A DNA stretch of 63,845 nucleotides, filler included. It is 4 parts of 4 records of this genome, joined end to end, with 100 filler letters (N's around TTAATTAATTAA, not from the genome) between each part and the next. Parts side by side here need not be neighbours in the genome. Positions count along the whole stretch, not along the records: positions 58,622 to 63,845 come from SRR22947727_1351; 3 more parts are not named here. The stretch is one strand, 5' to 3'. The notes beneath the pieces were generated by a model. It saw only the letters and a program-made list of their open reading frames with translations, was not told the origin of the DNA and did no database searches. A program made the translations under genes and the position numbers. Of this stretch, positions 58,522-63,845 are shown one piece after another; position 1 is the first letter of the stretch; each line of letters begins with the position of its first letter.

Positions 58522-58621
58522 NNNNNNNNNNNNNNNNNNNNNNNNNNNNNNNNNNNNNNNNNNNNTTAATTAATTAANNNNNNNNNNNNNNNNNNNNNNN
58601 NNNNNNNNNNNNNNNNNNNNN
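58522..58621. other. Artificial contig spacer
   Basis: 44 N + TTAATTAATTAA + 44 N. Confidence 0.98.
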
Positions 58622-60735
58622 TCGAAATTGGTCAGAAACATGTACTATGCGGTTTGGTGGAGGGTCGACTCGTGAACGGGGCGTATCAGGCCGCCCTGGA
58701 GCAGCTGGCGTGTTCGCTGGAGGGCGTCGAGGAGTTTTACGATTCCATAGGGGGAATTGCGGGGTATCAGATGACGGCGCTCGGTATTATGCTGGAGACT
58801 GACGCGGGCGAGGTGGCAGACGGACGCGGCAACGCCGTGGAGATGCTGGTCCCAGAGGGGTTGGATATTCGCTCGGAGGAGGCCAAGTCGTCCATCCTCG
58901 AGGGTATTAAAGCGATGGATAGAATTGCTGAGATTTATCCATTGGGCGGAGCTGGGGATCGGCTGGGTCTGCAATGTGAGGAGACGGGGGACAGCCTGCC
59001 CACGGCCGTTTTGCCGTACTGTGGTCGATCCCTGCTCGAGCACCTTGTCCGAGACGTGCAGGGTCGCGAGTACCTCCATTTCCGGCTTTTTGGTGGTCAT
59101 AATGGTGTCGGAGGCGGGTTACATGAAGGGAAATCCGTGCCCAGGCGCCGCACGCCGATTGCCGTCATGACCTCGATGGCAAAGGGGAACCATAATCGGG
59201 TGATGCAGCTGTTCCAAGCAAACAACTGGTTTGGTCGGGGCTCGGAATCCTTTAAAATGTTCCAGCAGCCCATGGTGCCGATGGTAAGGGCTGAAGACGG
59301 ACGTTGGGCCCTGGGCGGGCCGTGTGAGGTCGTCATGAAGCCGGGCGGCCACGGGGTGATCTGGAAGCTGATGCTGGATAACGGCGTTTTCGACTGGCTC
59401 GAAGAATGCAATGCACGCTCAGCAATCGTCAGGCAAATAAGCAACCCCATGGCCGGCCAGGATAGCACCCTGCTGGCGTTGAGCGGTGCCGGTGTGTTGG
59501 GCGACAAAGCCTTCGGGTTTGCGTCGTGCGAGCGCGTCGTTGGCGCGGCCGAGGGGATGAATGTCATGCTTCGCGAGACTGATACGACGGGCAAAACAAC
59601 CTGTCGGATCTCTAACGTTGAGTACACGGAGTTCACCAAGCATGGCATCGAGGACAAGGCGGTCGATGGGAGCAATCACTCGCTCTTCCCGGCGAATACC
59701 AACGTCTTGTATCTCGGCCTTGAGCATGTCAAACGGAAGGTCGAACAGAGTGTCCGGGAGGGAACGACTGAGGCAATTCTCCCGGGAATGATTCTCAACC
59801 TGAACAAGTCGATTGGCAATGTCAATGTCGAGACTGGCATCGAGGAGTGCGCGCCTGCAGGGCGCCTCGAGTGCACGATGCAGAACCTTGCCGACTGCTT
59901 TAAGGTAGATGCTACCATTTTAGATGACGCACGCGCGTCGGGTGAGTCCAACGACCAAGGCTTGGGCCACGCACTGGAAACGTTTTTGGTCTACGGTCCC
60001 CGTAGCAAGGTGACATCCTCCGCCAAGAGGAAGCGCGCGCCAGGATCGCTCAAGATCCACCAAACACCAGATGGGTCCTTCTACGACCTGCAGAAGAACG
60101 CCAAAGCGATGTTGGAGGGATGTGGCATGTCCGTGCCTGACGTCGGCTCGGTTGCTGAGTACCTCAAGCGCGGACCAGGCTTCATCTGTCTATTTCACCC
60201 GGCCCTTGGTCCCCTGTGGGATGTCGTCGCCCAGAAAATCGCCGGTGGTAGGCTCCACGCGGGCGCGGAGATCCAGTTGGAGATTGCGGAGGCCTCGCTG
60301 ACCAACGTCAATGTCGATGGCAGCCTGCTTGTCATTGCCGACGCCGTGATGGGCGTGCCCAGCGACGATGGCACGCTCGAATACAGCAGTGATACGTGCG
60401 CTAGGATCATGCTAGAGGATGTGACCGTGCAGAACGCCGGCATCGACTACAAGAACCCGCACAACGTGTTTTGGAGACACCGCGTCAAGCGGCACGAGGC
60501 GTGTCGCATCGAGCTCCTCGGCCGCTCTGAGTTCGATGCCGCTGGCGTTGTTTTGAAAGGAAACCAGAAATTCGTCGTGCCTGACGGGCACCGCATGACG
60601 GTCCGAGCGACAGAGGATGCGGCGCGCCTGGATATCACCGTCGAGCCCCTGGACATTGTCCCGACATGGTCGTATCACTACATGCTTGCATCTGAGAACG
60701 GTGTTGAGAGCGTTCTTTTGACCAAAAGAAACTAA
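58622..60735 (+). CDS. UGP3: Plastid UTP-glucose-1-phosphate uridylyltransferase 3-like (5' truncated)
   Basis: FYDSIGGIAGYQ, EIYPLGGAGDRLGL, KPGGHGVIWKL, RQISNP, RLECTMQN.AD; frame open to contig edge. Confidence 0.85.
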
Positions 60736-60782
60736 TTTTATAACGTCATGATTCCATGCAAACAATTTTGAGCCCCATATCC

Positions 60783-61875
60783 TCACGAGATTTTCAAGCA
60801 CTCCCCGCTCACAAACCCAAGCGTGCTAAGCAGCTGCAGCTGCTCATCCGCACCATCCGACAGGCACCGATCCACCATCGCCAGCCGTACCAGGCACCGG
60901 CTTTTGACCCCGTTCGGAATCCGATCATCATTGATCAAAACGTCCTGCAGCTTGATAAGCAGCTCCTGGCACGGGTATCCCGCCAAGACAGCCTCGTCAA
61001 CCATCCCCGCCACCTTCGCAAATGCCTCACCCTTCACGCACGCTTCCAACAATGCAGCCACAACGGTGTCATCCACCGTCCCAGCAACGTCGAGCAACGT
61101 CTCTTTCTCGACCGGTGACCCCTTCAACCTGAATGCCGATTGCAGTGTGGTGATAGCCTTGCGCATATCACCCTGGGCAATCTTGGTGAGCGTGCCCAGC
61201 GCCTCATCTGCCAACTCTACACCCTCTTCGCCGCAAATAAAGTTTATCCGCTCGAAAATGACGTCCCCCTGCAGCGACTTGAACCGGAACTTTGCGCATC
61301 GAGATGCCAACGGCTCGATGATACGGGAGACGTAATTGCATATGAAGATGAAGCGCGTGACCCGTGAGTACGTCTCCATGGTACGGCGCAGCGCATTCTG
61401 AGCGTCCTTGGTCATCGAATCCGCCTCGTCAAGGATGATGACCTTGAACGGCGGGCACGGATAGCCCTCAACGGGCCTCCCCACAGCAACCGCAGCAAAG
61501 TTCTTAATCTTGTTCCTGACCACGCCAATGCCGCGCTCGTCCGACGCATTCAACTCCAGCACACGTGTCTTTGACAGCTCTGGCCCGAAGAGCTGCCGCA
61601 CCATGGCCAGCGCCGTGGTGGTCTTGCCGGTGCCCGGAGGCCCGTGCAGAAGGAGGTGTGGCATGGTCGTGGATCCGATCGACGCCTTCAGCGTCGCCGT
61701 CACTTCCCCCTGCGCCGCGATACTATCTAAATTTCGAGGACGACTGCGTTGTTCGTACAAATAACCACACAGTGAGCGACATGGCGACGCAGGAGTTGTT
61801 TCGATGATGAATTCAAATTCCAGAGCCATCCCAAACGCACTATTTCTCGACCCAGGGCTGGTGTGACACAGTCAT
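60783..61875 (-). CDS. RFC4: Replication factor C small subunit (human RFC4/yeast Rfc2 type); exons 61875-61841 and 61743-60783
   Basis: GT..AG intron 61840-61744 splits [42 protein letters not shown]. Confidence 0.9.
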
Positions 61876-62106
61876 GCCGGCTTGATTGATTGTGGAGATG
61901 ACCAATACAAGGCGTTCCGGTGTGTTGCAATTTCTCTTCTTTTCTGTTCTGGTCTGCTGTGCCCTCCACCCAAAAACGACGTACGGGCAGCCGGCAGTTC
62001 TTGGCGTATATTTGTATTTGATAATACGACCTAGACACGTAAGGCATCGGGACGCACGACAGATTCCCGTTTCGGCGACCAACGAGTTCCGGAAAAGACC
62101 AACGAA

Positions 62107-63087
62107 ATGGCATCTTCGTCGGAACCAGCTGTCGTGCACGCTGTGGCCGGTGCTTTGGGTGGATGCGTCGCGACTGTAATAACGTATCCGCTCTTGGCCA
62201 AATCGGCCCGCGCCGCCAACGCTCGTCGTCGGGAAACGTCAAAGGCAACAGACCCGGGGGAAGTGGATGCGTCCCCGAAAGGTCGGGCGTCCCCGTCGCT
62301 GAAACGATCCATACAGTCCCTCGCCCAGTCATACACTGGACTATCAGCTTCATTGTTCGGCACAACCGTGTCTCAGGGCGTCTACTTTTACTTCTACAGC
62401 CTCCTTCGCTCGTTTTTCGTCTCGAGACGTGGCGCGGAAACGCCCAGCGTCGTCGAGTCACTAGGCATCGCCTCCCTCGCCGGGATGGCTAACGTGCTTT
62501 TAACAAACCCGATCTGGGTCGTGGCGACCCGTCTCCAGACGTTGAGCGGCCGCAGCCCGTCCCCAGGGAGCAAGGAAGTGCCGGGTCAGGACTCGCCCAA
62601 ATCACCACGTCGACGATCCCGACCGAGGTCCGCGGTGTCCAACCTACAGGTGATCAAGTCTGTCTACACTGACTACGGTATTCCGGGCTTCTGGAATGGG
62701 TGTGGCGCGAGTCTCATCATGGTAGTAAACCCAACCATTCAGTACGCCATATATGAGTGGCTCATGGCGCGGACACAGAGGAGAAACCGGCGGGCGCCGT
62801 CGTCTCTTCACGTCTTTTTCTGCTCGTCCGTGGCAAAAGCCGGCGCGACTCTGCTGACCTATCCAATGCTGACGATCAAGACGAGAATGATGAGTGCGAG
62901 GCGTGACCAGCAGTACAATGGCGTCGGAGACGCCGTGAGGAGCATCTATCGGCGCGAGGGCATGCAGGGATACTTTCAGGGAATCGAGACCAAGATACTT
63001 CAGAGCATACTAGGGGCCAGTGTGCTACTGATGATCAAAGAGAAGATCACGGTGGCTGTCAAGGCCCGGCTGGTCGCTGGCCGGTGA
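62107..63087 (+). CDS. Mitochondrial-carrier family protein, peroxisomal PXN/PMP34-like
   Basis: GVYFYFY, LTNPIWVVATRLQ, NPTIQY..YE, TYPM..IKTRM. Confidence 0.82.
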   Translation: MASSSEPAVVHAVAGALGGCVATVITYPLLAKSARAANARRRETSKATDPGEVDASPKGRASPSLKRSIQSLAQSYTGLSASLFGTTVSQGVYFYFYSLLRSFFVSRRGAETPSVVESLGIASLAGMANVLLTNPIWVVATRLQTLSGRSPSPGSKEVPGQDSPKSPRRRSRPRSAVSNLQVIKSVYTDYGIPGFWNGCGASLIMVVNPTIQYAIYEWLMARTQRRNRRAPSSLHVFFCSSVAKAGATLLTYPMLTIKTRMMSARRDQQYNGVGDAVRSIYRREGMQGYFQGIETKILQSILGASVLLMIKEKITVAVKARLVAGR

Positions 63088-63210
63088 GGCATGCCCGCGG
63101 CGCCTCCGAATGTTACAACCTTACAACCTTACAACTTGCTTCTCTTCGTGCAAGTTAACCAGTATATCACGCCAGATACGCGACCCTCGGTCCCGTTCTC
63201 GAGCAACAAG

Positions 63211-63845
63211 ATGAGTTCTGCGTGGGGCGATGCCGCGACGGCGACGCAAAACAGCGCCTGGGCGGACTTAGAAAACGAAACGAGCAATGGTATGTCGTCA
63301 ATTGAAGTCTGTTGGTGACGTGTGAGCGCGGTATTCCGACGTTTGTCGTCTGCCGGCTGAAATGCCTCCTGACCTCCTGGCCAAACTCACCGACCCGCTC
63401 TGCGCACAGGAGCTATCGAGGCGAACGACCCTGCCCTTTCCAGGAAGGAGACTGGGGACTTTCCCGCCCTAGGCACGGAGTTCCCGTCCCTTGGCGCGGC
63501 GAAAGATAAGAAGAAGAAGAAGCAGACGATGTCGCTGGCCGACTTCCAGTCGTCCGGCTCTGGCGGTCGCTCCTCGCGCTTCGGCGATCTTCCGATGGGG
63601 CCCCGCAGATTCGACGTACATTCACTTCCAACGGGGCCCCGTACGCGTGGGCCCGGGGAGGAAGATGACGGGCCTCCAATGGGTGGTGGGTTCCGTGGCT
63701 ACGGGGGCGACCGCGATATGGACCGTCGCCCATCGCGTTACGGTGACGACGATCGCCGTGGACCTCCTCGTGATAGGGAAGACGAGATGATGCCGAGTCG
63801 CGCGGATGAGGTTGATAACTGGGGCGCCGAGAGGAAGTTTGTGCC
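63211..63845 (+). CDS. Plant-type translation initiation factor eIF4B (3' truncated); exons 63211-63289 and 63410-end
   Basis: GTATGT..CTCAC..CAG intron 63290-63409; spliced product FPSL..KKKKK.TMSLADF..LPTGPR..GGGF..SRADEVDNW. Confidence 0.82.

Noticed and set aside
63113-63135. TTACAACC x3 repeat in the algal intergenic region
   Set aside because: Too short; the TGTAA poly(A)-like signal is on the strand with no ending gene

Overview
The window is not one genome. It is four unrelated contigs joined by artificial 100-bp spacers (44 N + TTAATTAATTAA + 44 N) at 14105-14204, 40895-40994 and 58522-58621. (1) 1-14104 is a moderate-GC bacterial contig whose gene content suggests the PVC group/Verrucomicrobia: sulfatase, BI-1/YccA, rlmB, VWA-histidine kinase-OmpR module, TPR-ExbB-ExbD cluster. 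(2) 14205-40894 is an AT-rich fragment of a large T4-style phage, probably of a marine alphaproteobacterium. It carries groEL, a SutA-like protein, speD, algH/yqgE, hemA, ybaN, a 2OG-Fe(II) oxygenase, putative head proteins and rimK. The most striking feature is a phage-borne, miniaturised type I secretion cassette: a FecR/coiled-coil/cadherin/RTX cargo, TolC, an ABC membrane domain with no ATPase and a collapsed coupling loop, and an HlyD with no alpha-hairpin. It is followed by an intact CHASE2 adenylate cyclase, and several of its genes are preceded by the phage's TAAATA late-promoter motif. This contig also has a Pol-beta nucleotidyltransferase plus ligase-fold gene pair and a candidate -1 frameshift (A AAA AAG). 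(3) 40995-58521 is an alphaproteobacterial (Rhodobacterales-like) catabolic island bounded by a tRNA-Met 3' fragment, including a TTT transporter operon with ThDP enzyme, atypical HIU hydrolase, FAD oxidoreductase and TauD dioxygenase. (4) 58622-63845 is a compact green-algal eukaryotic contig: UGP3, intron-containing RFC4, a peroxisomal-type carrier and intron-containing eIF4B. All family calls come from motif recognition by eye; no database searches were run.
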